Virus record (IMG/VR): IMGVR_UViG_3300035703_000108
Coordinates: 1-57,640 of that record
From: a virus
Lineage: Duplodnaviria; Caudoviricetes
Reading direction: 5' to 3' (one strand)
DNA: 57,640 nucleotides
How positions within the stretch are numbered: the first letter of the stretch is position 1; every line of letters begins with the position of its first letter. The notes under the pieces were generated by a model. It was not told the origin of the DNA. It was given only the letters and a program-made list of their open reading frames with translations, and ran no database searches. A program made the position numbers and the translations under genes. Below, piece after piece: positions 44,735 through 53,585 of this stretch.

Positions 44735-46756
44735 ATGACCGCTGTGCGACGTATTTCACCACACCTACAAGACGTGCGCGTGCCCGAGCCGTTGCGGGAT
44801 CTGCCCTACTGGCTGATGTACCGGCTGGAGCAGTTTTCAGGCGAAGCGAAGCCACGCAAGATGCCCTACTGGGCAGACGGCGGTCGGCGCCACGGCGATC
44901 AGGGCAGCCCCTTCGACCTTGATCGGCTGACCACGTTTGCGGTCGCGCAGCGCGAGGCGATCCGCAAGGGCTTCGACGGCGTGGGCTTCGCGCACGTGTC
45001 GGGCGCAGGCATCATCACGCTCGACTTCGACAACTGCGTCACGGACGGCGTGGTGCGGCAGGACGTGCTCGATCTGGTCACCGGCACCTACGCCGAGTAC
45101 TCGCCCAGCGGCAACGGCATCCACGCCATCTTCACCGGCACGCCGGATCTCCTCCTCAACCACAAGCACAAGGGCGAGAACGGCGACTTCTCGGTCGAGG
45201 CGTTCAGTTCGACGGGCTTCACCACCTTCACCGGCTGGATGCTCGACCACATCGACCTCCTCGGCTACGAGGACAAGATCGCTCCGATCCCGCAGCCCGT
45301 GGTCGATGCATGCCGCAGCCGCTTCGGATCGACCGCAGCGGCCTTCGACCCCGATGATTTCATGGCCGGGCGCGAGCCGCGCTTGGGCCTCAGCGTCGAA
45401 GAGATGCAGACCTATATCAGCTACCTCGACCCGAGCATGGGCCGAGAGCCTTGGCTGCGCGTCGGTATGGCTCTCCACCACGAGACCGAGGGCGATGACA
45501 CCGGCTTCGACCTGTGGGACACGTGGTCAAGCGAAGGCGACACATACCCCAGCACCGAGGCGCTGCGGGCGCAGTGGGACAGTCTCAAGCCCTCGCCGGG
45601 CAAGAGGCAGGTCACGATGGCCTCAGTCATCAAGATGGCGAAGGATGCAGGCTACAGCGAGCGCAAGACGCCCACTGCGGAGCAGGTGCTGGCGAGAGTT
45701 GACGAGATCCTCGAAGAGCGCGGCGGGAGCAGCCGTTTCCCATCACGCTTCGCCCACGAGATGGCCGGTCAGGAGCCGATCAGGTGGCTGATCAAGGGCG
45801 TCGTGCCCAAGGCCGAGCTTATCATCCTCTACGGCGCGAGCGGGGCGGGCAAGACGTTCGTGGCGCTCGACCACGCCTTCGCGATCGCTCGCGGCGTTGA
45901 CTGGCGCGGCAGGCGCGTGGATCAGGGCGTTGTCGTGATCATCGCCGCAGAGGGCGGCAAGGGCGTCGCCCAGCGACTGCAAGCCTACGCGCAGTATCAC
46001 GGCATCGATCTGCGCGATGTGCCTAACCTGCGCATCATCACCGCCGCACCGAACTTCCTTGAAGGCGACGACATCGCCGAAGTCATCGCTGAGCTTCAGT
46101 CGATCGGCGGCGTGTCGTGCGTCATGGTTGACACGCTCGCGCAGGTCACGCCGGGTGCGAACGAGAACACGTCGGAGGACATGGGCCGCGCGCTGTCCAA
46201 CGTGCGCCTCATCCACCGCGCCACTGACGCTACCGTCTACGGCATCCACCACGCGGGCAAGGATCTCAGCCGTGGCTCGCGTGGCTGGTCGGGCCTCAAG
46301 GCCGCAGCCGACGCGCAGATTGAGGTGCTGCGCCACGAAGGCGGCGACCGCGAAATCCACATCGAGAAGATGAAGGACGGCGAGGATGGCCTGCGCTGGG
46401 GCTTCAAGCTTGAGGTGGTCGATCTGGGCGTGGACTACGACGGCGATCCCGTAACGAGCTGCGTCGCGATCGAGAGCGACATGCCCACGCGCAAGCCGGA
46501 CGCGGACGACCGCAAGGGTCTCAAGCGTCGCGGTCGCGTGGAGAACCACATCCTCGAAGTGATGTCGATGTTCGGCGAGCAGAGCATCGTCAAGGCCGAG
46601 GAACTCATCCAGCGGGCTGTGGAGACGATGCCCTTGCCGGATGATGGCAAGCGCGACACGCGCCGCCAAACCATCGTGCGCGCCCTGAACGGCCTCAGCC
46701 GCGAGAAGGACGGCCCCCTCAAGGTCGAGGGCGGGATGATCATCTTCTACGAATAA
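44735..46756 (+). CDS. Primase-helicase (prim-pol, PriCT-2, RepA/AAA_25 helicase, C-terminal wHTH), 673 aa
   Basis: LDFD and YSPSGNGIH primase motifs; WLRVGMALH...WDTWS; Walker A GASGAGKT; VDTL, IHHAGK, RGWSGL. Confidence 0.92.
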   Translation: MTAVRRISPHLQDVRVPEPLRDLPYWLMYRLEQFSGEAKPRKMPYWADGGRRHGDQGSPFDLDRLTTFAVAQREAIRKGFDGVGFAHVSGAGIITLDFDNCVTDGVVRQDVLDLVTGTYAEYSPSGNGIHAIFTGTPDLLLNHKHKGENGDFSVEAFSSTGFTTFTGWMLDHIDLLGYEDKIAPIPQPVVDACRSRFGSTAAAFDPDDFMAGREPRLGLSVEEMQTYISYLDPSMGREPWLRVGMALHHETEGDDTGFDLWDTWSSEGDTYPSTEALRAQWDSLKPSPGKRQVTMASVIKMAKDAGYSERKTPTAEQVLARVDEILEERGGSSRFPSRFAHEMAGQEPIRWLIKGVVPKAELIILYGASGAGKTFVALDHAFAIARGVDWRGRRVDQGVVVIIAAEGGKGVAQRLQAYAQYHGIDLRDVPNLRIITAAPNFLEGDDIAEVIAELQSIGGVSCVMVDTLAQVTPGANENTSEDMGRALSNVRLIHRATDATVYGIHHAGKDLSRGSRGWSGLKAAADAQIEVLRHEGGDREIHIEKMKDGEDGLRWGFKLEVVDLGVDYDGDPVTSCVAIESDMPTRKPDADDRKGLKRRGRVENHILEVMSMFGEQSIVKAEELIQRAVETMPLPDDGKRDTRRQTIVRALNGLSREKDGPLKVEGGMIIFYE

Positions 46757-46789
46757 ACACCTATACCGTAATTTTTTGCACGTTTGCTG

Positions 46790-46854
46790 TTGCAATCCCA
46801 GATTACGGCATTACATAGACGTTATCAGCAACGCATACAGGAGCAAACACAATG
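46790..46854 (+). promoter_or_regulatory. Early promoter-leader, copy 4
   Basis: TTGCAA-N7-TTACG-N14-TTATCAGCAACGCATACAGGAG. Confidence 0.7.
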
Positions 46855-47169
46855 GCTACCAACCCCAACACTATCGACTTCACCACCGCCATCGTTGACC
46901 GTCTGGGCGACATCAAAGCGCAGATCGCCGACCTCAAGAAGATCGAGGCCGATCTGGTCGAGCGCGTCACCGACGCCGCCGGTGAAGATGCCATCGATGG
47001 CCGCTTCTTCCGCGCCACCGTCTCGCAGGTCGCTGAGCGCAGCTCGACCGACCCCAAGGCGATGGAAGCCAAGCTCCGCGAGCTGGGCGTTGACGGTCGC
47101 TGGTTCAGCAAGAACCAGAAGGTCAGCAAGGGCTACACGACCGTCAAGGTCGTGGCCCGCAAGTCGTAA
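46852..47169 (+). CDS. Hypothetical protein (105 aa)
   Basis: CAGGAG RBS; VDRLGDIKAQIADLKK coiled coil. Confidence 0.8.
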   Translation: MATNPNTIDFTTAIVDRLGDIKAQIADLKKIEADLVERVTDAAGEDAIDGRFFRATVSQVAERSSTDPKAMEAKLRELGVDGRWFSKNQKVSKGYTTVKVVARKS

Positions 47170-47180
47170 GGGAGGCGAGC

Positions 47181-47357
47181 GTGCAGGAAGTTCTCGCAGC
47201 AGAATACACGACGGGTACCAACCGGTACCCGCCGACCCTCTACATCAACCGGATCGCGGACGGGCGTCGCTCGAACATCTTCGCCTTCAACGTTTCGGGC
47301 AAGCGCGAAGCGCGCCAGCTCGCCAAACATTACGGCGCCACGCCGTGGAATTTCTAA
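47181..47357 (+). CDS. Hypothetical protein (58 aa)
   Basis: GGAGG RBS, GTG start; read by eye. Confidence 0.6.
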   Translation: MQEVLAAEYTTGTNRYPPTLYINRIADGRRSNIFAFNVSGKREARQLAKHYGATPWNF

Positions 47358-47368
47358 GGAGACAGACC

Positions 47369-47677
47369 GTGGAAGACCGCACCACCTACCGCTCATACAC
47401 GACCACCCGTCTGATCGAGGTGTCGAAGTACGAGCCCAACCCCGAGCTTGCCGTCGCCTTGGGCGAACGCCTAGAGGATCTCGACTATGAGCTGGACGGG
47501 CGTGTGGCCGAGGAGAAAGAGCGCGCGGATGATTTTGAACGCGAGTTGAGCAGGTCTGAGGACAAGCTCTACGAAGCCACCGCCGAAATCGATAAGCTCG
47601 AATTGATGCTCAGCCAGCGCGAGGAGGAAATCGCCTCACTCAAGGCTCACATCGAACAACTGGAAAAGGGAAACTGA
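47369..47677 (+). CDS. Coiled-coil protein (102 aa)
   Basis: AAGGAG RBS, GTG start. Confidence 0.65.
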   Translation: MEDRTTYRSYTTTRLIEVSKYEPNPELAVALGERLEDLDYELDGRVAEEKERADDFERELSRSEDKLYEATAEIDKLELMLSQREEEIASLKAHIEQLEKGN

Positions 47678-47680
47678 TAA

Positions 47681-48181
47681 ATGACGTACCGTATTGAGAT
47701 CAAGGCCGAGACGCTTGCCGAGCTGGCTGGCAAGGCATACGCCTTCGCTATGGGCGTGCAGACCGCGAGCGCGTACAACGCGAGTGTGGGCGTCGGAGGT
47801 GTGGGCACTGTTACCACAACGGAGGTCGCCGAAGTTGCACCCGTGGACCCTACTCCGGCCCCCAAGAGTGCCCCGGATGTGGAGGCTACCGAGAGCCAGC
47901 CGACGACGGAGGAACCTGCTACTACCCCTGCGCCCGCTGCGGAGGAACCCGCATCGTCTGGTCAGACGGAAGCGTCAGCACCACCGACGGAAGAGAAGTC
48001 TTCCGCATCCGCTGAGCTGAACTTCGACACCGACGTAGCGCCAATCGTGCTGCAAGTGGTGAAGGACAAGGGCAAGCCTGCCGTGCAGGCGATCCTCGAA
48101 CAGTTCGGCGTTGAGCGCGCATCGCAGCTTGACCCCGCGCGTTGGCCGGAACTGGTTGTCGCGCTGAAGGACATCCTCTGA
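47681..48181 (+). CDS. APSE-module protein upstream of DUF2800 (166 aa)
   Basis: Pro/Ala/Glu linker and GKPAVQAILEQFG..RASQL C-terminal domain. Confidence 0.7.
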   Translation: MTYRIEIKAETLAELAGKAYAFAMGVQTASAYNASVGVGGVGTVTTTEVAEVAPVDPTPAPKSAPDVEATESQPTTEEPATTPAPAAEEPASSGQTEASAPPTEEKSSASAELNFDTDVAPIVLQVVKDKGKPAVQAILEQFGVERASQLDPARWPELVVALKDIL

Positions 48182-49437
48182 TGTCGCACGCTAAGCTCAG
48201 CCCGTCGGGAGCGCATCGCTGGATGCGCTGCCCCGGCAGCGTGGTGCTGGAAGCCCAGTATCCCGACAGCAGCAGCGCCTACGCCCGTGAGGGCACCGCA
48301 GCGCACGAGCTGGCCGCTCTGGTGCTTGAGGACGGTGACGCGACCGCGCAAGCCTACGTGGGCAAGCGCATCGCGTACAACGACCACGGCGAGGACGTGC
48401 AGTGGCCGATCACGCAGGACATGGCCGACTACGTCGATGACTACGTCAAGCTCGTCCGCGAGCGGGCGGAGGGCGCGACGCTGCTGGTTGAGCGCAAGCT
48501 GCCGATCGACCACATCACCGGAGAGGCAAGCGCGACCGGCACCAGTGACGTTGTCATCATCGATCACGCCAACTCCGAGATCGTCGTGATCGATCTAAAG
48601 TACGGCATGGGCGTGCGCGTCTCTGCCGAGGAGAACGAGCAGACGCAGCTCTACGCCCTCGGCGCGTTGGAGGAGTACAGCGTGCTGGGCGACTTCGCCC
48701 ACGTGAGCATGCTCATCCACCAGCCGCGCCTCAACCATGTCAGCGAGTGGACGATCACCGTCGAGCAGTTGCTGACGTTCGCCAAGAGCGCGTCCTTCGC
48801 GGCGGGTCAGTGCGATCTGGCGCGCAGCCTCGACGGCGAAGACGCCCTCGCGGGTTTCCTGTCGCCCGGTGAGAAGCAGTGCCGCTTCTGCAAGGCGAAG
48901 GCCACGTGCCCCGCACTGCGCGCCGAGATCACGGATGTGGTCGGCGGGTCTTCCGCAGCCACGCCCGATGAGTTCGCTGAGTTCCTGCCGGAGCCGGTCG
49001 ATATGCAGACCGGCGACAACTACCTGCCAATCGCTATGGCGAAGGTCGGCATGGTCGAGGACTGGTGCAAGGCCGTTCGTGCCGAGGTTGAGCGCCGCCT
49101 GCTGGCGGGGCAGAACGTTGACGGGTATAAGCTCGTCGAGGGCAAGCGCGGCCCGCGCAAGTGGTCTGATGCGGATGACATTGAACAGCTATTCAAGTCA
49201 TTCCGCTTGCGTCAGGACGAGATGTATGATTTCACTCTGATCTCGCCGACGAAGGCCGAGAAGGTGTTCAAGGAAAACCCCAAGCGTTGGGCGAAGGTGC
49301 AAGAGCGCATCACCCAGAGCACGGGCAAGCCGTCTGTGGCTCCAGCCACTGACAAGCGGCCAGCACTGGCCGTTCAATCGGTCGCGGATGACTTCCGTGA
49401 CCTTATGCAAACTGAAAACGTAGAAGTGGATAATTGA
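48181..49437 (+). CDS. DUF2800 Cas4-like PD-(D/E)XK exonuclease (418 aa)
   Basis: HAKLSPSGAHRWMRCPGS, EGTAAH, GTSD, IDLKYG, QLYALG, CRFCKAKATC. Confidence 0.9.
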   Translation: MSHAKLSPSGAHRWMRCPGSVVLEAQYPDSSSAYAREGTAAHELAALVLEDGDATAQAYVGKRIAYNDHGEDVQWPITQDMADYVDDYVKLVRERAEGATLLVERKLPIDHITGEASATGTSDVVIIDHANSEIVVIDLKYGMGVRVSAEENEQTQLYALGALEEYSVLGDFAHVSMLIHQPRLNHVSEWTITVEQLLTFAKSASFAAGQCDLARSLDGEDALAGFLSPGEKQCRFCKAKATCPALRAEITDVVGGSSAATPDEFAEFLPEPVDMQTGDNYLPIAMAKVGMVEDWCKAVRAEVERRLLAGQNVDGYKLVEGKRGPRKWSDADDIEQLFKSFRLRQDEMYDFTLISPTKAEKVFKENPKRWAKVQERITQSTGKPSVAPATDKRPALAVQSVADDFRDLMQTENVEVDN

Positions 49438-49439
49438 AA

Positions 49440-50024
49440 ATGGCTACACGTGTTATGCTGAAGAACATCGTTCTGGCTTTCCCCGCCCTCGCAGAACCCC
49501 AGTCGCTGGGCGAAGGCGAACCGGCATACGGGGCAAAGTTCCCGATCAAGCCCAACTCCGAACAGCAGAAGGCCATCGAAGAAGCGATCCTCGCTGAGGC
49601 GAAGGAAGCGTGGAAGGACAAGGCCGCCAGCATCCTTGAGCTGCTGGGCGAAGACGGCAAGCTGTGCTTCACGAAGAAGGTCTACAAGTCGAAGAAGACC
49701 GGCGAACCGTACACCGGCTTCGAAGGCAATCACTACCTGTCAACCCGCAACGCCAAGACGCAGCCGACTGTCTTCAACCAGTACGGCGAAGAGCTGACCA
49801 ACAAGGGCGACATTGAGCGCCAAGCGTTCAGCGGTGCCCTCGTCAACGCCTCGGTTGAGGTCTGGGCGCAGGACAACAAGTGGGGCCGCCGCGTCAACTG
49901 CTCGCTGCGCGGTGTCATGCTGACCGGCCAAGGCGACAACCTCGGCGGTGGCTCGACCGCTGCATCGGCGGATGAGTTCGCCGGTATGGCGCAGGCCAAG
50001 GCCGACGCGGAGGACATCCTGTGA
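49440..50024 (+). CDS. DUF2815 single-stranded DNA-binding protein (194 aa)
   Basis: SGALVNASV...[11 protein letters not shown]...G..LGG and acidic tail; position between DUF2800 and polA. Confidence 0.85.
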   Translation: MATRVMLKNIVLAFPALAEPQSLGEGEPAYGAKFPIKPNSEQQKAIEEAILAEAKEAWKDKAASILELLGEDGKLCFTKKVYKSKKTGEPYTGFEGNHYLSTRNAKTQPTVFNQYGEELTNKGDIERQAFSGALVNASVEVWAQDNKWGRRVNCSLRGVMLTGQGDNLGGGSTAASADEFAGMAQAKADAEDIL

Positions 50025-50275
50025 GCGATGCAGGGCACAACAGCGCGGATGACCGTCTGCGCCTCCTGATCGAACGCATTGAGCGTCTCGAAGAGGAAAA
50101 GCAGGGCATCGCGGACGACGTGAAGGACGTTTACCTCGAAGCCAAGGCGGTCGGCTATGATCCCAAGATCATGCGCGAGATCGTCAAGCTTCGTAAGATG
50201 AAGCCGGACGATCGCGCGGAACGCGAAATGGTCCTCGACACTTACAAGAAAGCCCTTGGCTTAGACTTGCTCTAA
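50021..50275 (+). CDS. gapR: GapR-like nucleoid-associated protein (DUF2312, 84 aa)
   Basis: [45 protein letters not shown]. Confidence 0.92.
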   Translation: MSDAGHNSADDRLRLLIERIERLEEEKQGIADDVKDVYLEAKAVGYDPKIMREIVKLRKMKPDDRAEREMVLDTYKKALGLDLL

Positions 50276-50287
50276 ACCTATAGGAGT

Positions 50288-50427
50288 GACGTGACGGGGT
50301 CGGCATCGTCCCTTCGACGACCCCGTCACGTCCTCTGTTCTGGCGAGCCGCGCGTGGGTGCGGGTTTGCTCCTGCGTTGCTGATACACGAAGCGCGCGGC
50401 TCACCTGAACAGAGGAATGTATCAGCA
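50288..50427 (+). ncRNA. Structured intergenic RNA element (two long stems plus a potential pseudoknot)
   Basis: 15-bp stem 50288-50302/50318-50332; stem 50331-50354/50393-50416; TGCTGATACA (50378-50387) complementary to TGTATCAGCA (50418-50427). Confidence 0.6.
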
Positions 50428-50726
50428 TGACAAAACGTACCATCCCCGAAATCCGCGAACTGATCGGCGAGCTGACCGAGGAGAGCAAGAGGCTCGCCCG
50501 TCGCCAACTCTACATCGCGCAGAAGATAAGCGAGTTGTCCGAGGAGACGCGCCGCCGGACTTACGACCGTGCGCCCTCGACGAGCAAGCGCGTCACGGAA
50601 GACGTGCGCGCGTCCGTTCGGGCTATGGCCGCCAACAACCCAGACGCATCGCACCAAGAGATCGCCGACGCGCACGGCATCAATCCGGGCCGCGTCAGCG
50701 AGATCCTGCATGGGCCACGCGGATGA
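50427..50726 (+). CDS. HTH protein upstream of the DNA polymerase (99 aa)
   Basis: ASHQEIADAHGINPGRVSEILHG; ATGA overlap with polA. Confidence 0.75.
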   Translation: MTKRTIPEIRELIGELTEESKRLARRQLYIAQKISELSEETRRRTYDRAPSTSKRVTEDVRASVRAMAANNPDASHQEIADAHGINPGRVSEILHGPRG

Positions 50727-52687
50727 CCACGCTCTGGCTCGACACCGAAACCTACAGCACGATCCCCATCACGCACGGCGCGCACAAGTACGCCGAGGCG
50801 GCAGAAATCTTGCTCGTCGCGCTGGCCGTTGACGACGCGCCCACGGAGGTGTGGGACACGCAGGATCTCCCTAACTGGCGCGGAGACTTGCAGGCGCGGA
50901 TCGACGAAGCCGACACCGTCGTGATCCACAACAGCGCCTTCGACCGCACGGTGCTGCGCCACTGCGGCGTGAACATCCCCGTTGCCAAGATCGAGGACAC
51001 GATGGTGCTGGCCCTACAGCACAGCTTGCCCGCGTCCCTCGGCCAGCTCTGCGACATTCTTGGCGTCCCGCAGGATAAAGCTAAAGACAAGGAGGGGCGT
51101 CGTCATATACAACTGTTCACGAAGCCCTGCCCAAAGAATTGGAAGATCCGCAGGGCCGGGAGGGATACGCACCCGGATGACTGGAACGCCTTCATCGAAT
51201 ACGCCCGGCGCGATGTGGACGCTATGCGAGACATACGAGGACGCATTCCAAGATGGAACGCTAATGGCGCTGAAATCGACCTTTGGAGGATCGACCAAGC
51301 TATTAATGACCGTGGTGTCGCCATCGATGGAGACCTCGCCCGCGCTGCTATCCGAGCTTTCGAAAGAACTACGCGATCTCTGGCCGCTCGTGCCTCCACT
51401 CTGACGGGTGGTGCTGTGTCGTCCACGACGCAGCGCGCGGCCCTGCTCACCTTCCTGCGCGACCAGCGCGGCGTTGAGACGGAAGACCTCACGAAGGCGA
51501 CTGTTGAGAAGCTGCTGAAGGGCAACCTCGACCCGCTGGCGCGCGAGCTGCTGGAGATCCGGCAGCAGGCCGCAGCCACCAGCCCCGCCAAGTACGGCGC
51601 CCTGATCGATGCGGCATCGCACGACGGTCGCCTGCGCGGCACGATCCAGTTCTGCGGAGCGGCGCGCACCGGTCGCGACGCGGGGCGCATCTTCCAGCCG
51701 CAGAACCTTCCCCGCTCGCCCGACTGGTTCGACGGCGAGGTGCAAGAGGCCACGATCGCGGCCTTCAAGCACGACTGCGAGGATGTGATCTACGACAACG
51801 TCAGCGAGCGGTGCGCCTTCGCCGTGCGCGGCTGTCTGGTGGCCGCACCGGGCCACAAGCTGGTCATCGCCGACCTCTCGAACATCGAGGGGCGCGTGCT
51901 GGCGTGGCTGGCGGGCGAGCAGTGGAAGATCGCGGCGTTCAAGCTGTATGATCGCGGCGAGGGGCCGGATCTCTACAAGGTGACCGCCGGGCGCATCCTC
52001 GGCAAAGACCCGGTCGATGTGACGAAGGAAGAGCGCCAGACGCAGGGCAAGGTGCCCGAGTTGGCCGGAGGCTACGGCGGCGGGCTGGGCGCGTACCGGA
52101 CGATGGGCGGCGCGGTGTTCAACGCCATGGACGACGAGGCCATCGGCGAGATCGTGCAGGCGTGGCGCCGCGCGCACCCTGCGACGAAGAAGCTGTGGTA
52201 CGACGTGGAGGGCGCCGTGCGCGGGGCTGTGCGCTACCGCGACCTTAGCTTCGACGTGCGCGGCCTGCTACGCTGCGACTACGTCGATGGGCCGGACGGC
52301 GTGGGCTACGCGCGCATCCGCCTGCCGAGCGGTCGCTACCTGTGCTACCGCGACATGATGATCGACGACGCGGGCAAGCTCTCCTACGAGGGCATGAACC
52401 AGTACACCCGCAAGTGGGAGCGACTGGAAACCTATTACGGCAAGCTGGTCGAGAATGTCGTGCAGGCCGCCGCGCGCGATGTGTTCATGTCTGGCATGCG
52501 CCGCGCGGAACTGGAAGGCTACCCTGTCGTCCTGCGCGTGCACGATGAGCTGGTGTGCGAGGTGCCTGACAAGCCTGACTTTACGCACGAGCGCCTCGCG
52601 GACATGATGTCTACCAACCCCGGCTGGTCGGTGGGCTTGCCCCTCGCGGCTGCTGGGTTCGAAACGCTTCGCTATCGTAAGGAGTGA
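50723..52687 (+). CDS. polA: DNA polymerase, family A, with 3'-5' exonuclease (654 aa)
   Basis: DTET, HNSAFDR, YARRD exonuclease motifs; ADLSNIEGR (A), RQTQGKVPELAGGYG (B), VHDE (C). Confidence 0.95.
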   Translation: MTTLWLDTETYSTIPITHGAHKYAEAAEILLVALAVDDAPTEVWDTQDLPNWRGDLQARIDEADTVVIHNSAFDRTVLRHCGVNIPVAKIEDTMVLALQHSLPASLGQLCDILGVPQDKAKDKEGRRHIQLFTKPCPKNWKIRRAGRDTHPDDWNAFIEYARRDVDAMRDIRGRIPRWNANGAEIDLWRIDQAINDRGVAIDGDLARAAIRAFERTTRSLAARASTLTGGAVSSTTQRAALLTFLRDQRGVETEDLTKATVEKLLKGNLDPLARELLEIRQQAAATSPAKYGALIDAASHDGRLRGTIQFCGAARTGRDAGRIFQPQNLPRSPDWFDGEVQEATIAAFKHDCEDVIYDNVSERCAFAVRGCLVAAPGHKLVIADLSNIEGRVLAWLAGEQWKIAAFKLYDRGEGPDLYKVTAGRILGKDPVDVTKEERQTQGKVPELAGGYGGGLGAYRTMGGAVFNAMDDEAIGEIVQAWRRAHPATKKLWYDVEGAVRGAVRYRDLSFDVRGLLRCDYVDGPDGVGYARIRLPSGRYLCYRDMMIDDAGKLSYEGMNQYTRKWERLETYYGKLVENVVQAAARDVFMSGMRRAELEGYPVVLRVHDELVCEVPDKPDFTHERLADMMSTNPGWSVGLPLAAAGFETLRYRKE

Positions 52688-52690
52688 GGC

Positions 52691-53248
52691 ATGCTTGATC
52701 CTCTCGACATCATACGGCGCAACCACTACACGGGTTCAGTACCGAGTGGTAAGCGCGCAGTCTTTCAATACGAGGACGCGATCGTTGTGTTCGCTATACC
52801 GGCCAACAAGAACATTAGCACTTGGCTGCTTGGGCGGCCCAATGTCGTGTGGGAGTTGTCCCGCCTCTGGGCACCGGACGGACACCGCCCTAATCTCTTG
52901 ACCGAGGCAATCGCCGACGCGACGCGACGCTTCCGAGGGGAGTACCCCGAAGTCGAAGCCCTCGTGAGTTATGCCGATCCTAACGCAGGCCACAAAGGCG
53001 GCGTGTACCGTGCCGCCAGTTGGCTGTTCTTGGGGCAGTGCGAAGAAACTCGATCGTACCGTTCACCCGACGGGCGCATCGTATCACGCCGAGCCTTCCA
53101 CAGTGGCAGGCGGTCTCTGCGGAAGGCCGAAATAGAGGCGCTTGGGTACGTGCAGGCTAACACCCCCGGCAAGTATAGGTTCGCCAAGCCGCTATCGCGG
53201 AAGGCTCGTAAGCTGTTGACGAAACACCATGCAAGGAATGATCAATGA
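52691..53248 (+). CDS. Mom-like (GNAT-fold) DNA adenine modification protein (185 aa)
   Basis: NHY, WELSRLW, LVSYADPNAGHKGGVYRAASW motifs of the Mu Mom family. Confidence 0.75.
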   Translation: MLDPLDIIRRNHYTGSVPSGKRAVFQYEDAIVVFAIPANKNISTWLLGRPNVVWELSRLWAPDGHRPNLLTEAIADATRRFRGEYPEVEALVSYADPNAGHKGGVYRAASWLFLGQCEETRSYRSPDGRIVSRRAFHSGRRSLRKAEIEALGYVQANTPGKYRFAKPLSRKARKLLTKHHARNDQ

Positions 53249-53538
53249 CCCCCGCCGCGAAGCTGCAAGAGCACCTCAAGAAGCGCGTGCAGGGGAGCGG
53301 CGGTCAGTACCGCAAGGTGCGCTGGGAGGGCCGCAGGGGCTGCCCTGACTGCTTTATCTGGTGGACGTGGCCCCACGCCGCCTTTGTCGAGATCAAGGCC
53401 GACAGGGACGTTCTGAGCGCCATACAGCGCCGGGAGGTCGAGCGCATGCGCGAGGATGGCGTGCCGGTGTACATCGCAACGTCCATCGCCGACCTCGAAG
53501 ACATCATCGAAAAAGTGAGAAAGGGTATTGCAACCTGA
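53245..53538 (+). CDS. VRR-NUC nuclease (97 aa)
   Basis: GCPD...FVEIKA...LSAIQ. Confidence 0.88.
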   Translation: MTPAAKLQEHLKKRVQGSGGQYRKVRWEGRRGCPDCFIWWTWPHAAFVEIKADRDVLSAIQRREVERMREDGVPVYIATSIADLEDIIEKVRKGIAT

Positions 53539-53585
53539 CATTGCATCTGTCATAGACTGCTCATCAGCAACGGAGACCTACCGTG
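53528..53585 (+). promoter_or_regulatory. Early promoter-leader, copy 5
   Basis: TTGCAA-N7-TTGCA-N15-TCATCAGCAACGGAG. Confidence 0.65.

Noticed and set aside
48181-49437. Cas4-like nuclease as part of the Cas7-like system
   Set aside because: It lies 10 kb away in the standard DUF2800-DUF2815-polA replication module
50417-50722. N-terminal extension of DNA polymerase to 756 aa
   Set aside because: The extension overlaps the HTH gene in another frame; the exonuclease domain begins at ATG 50723 with an ATGA overlap
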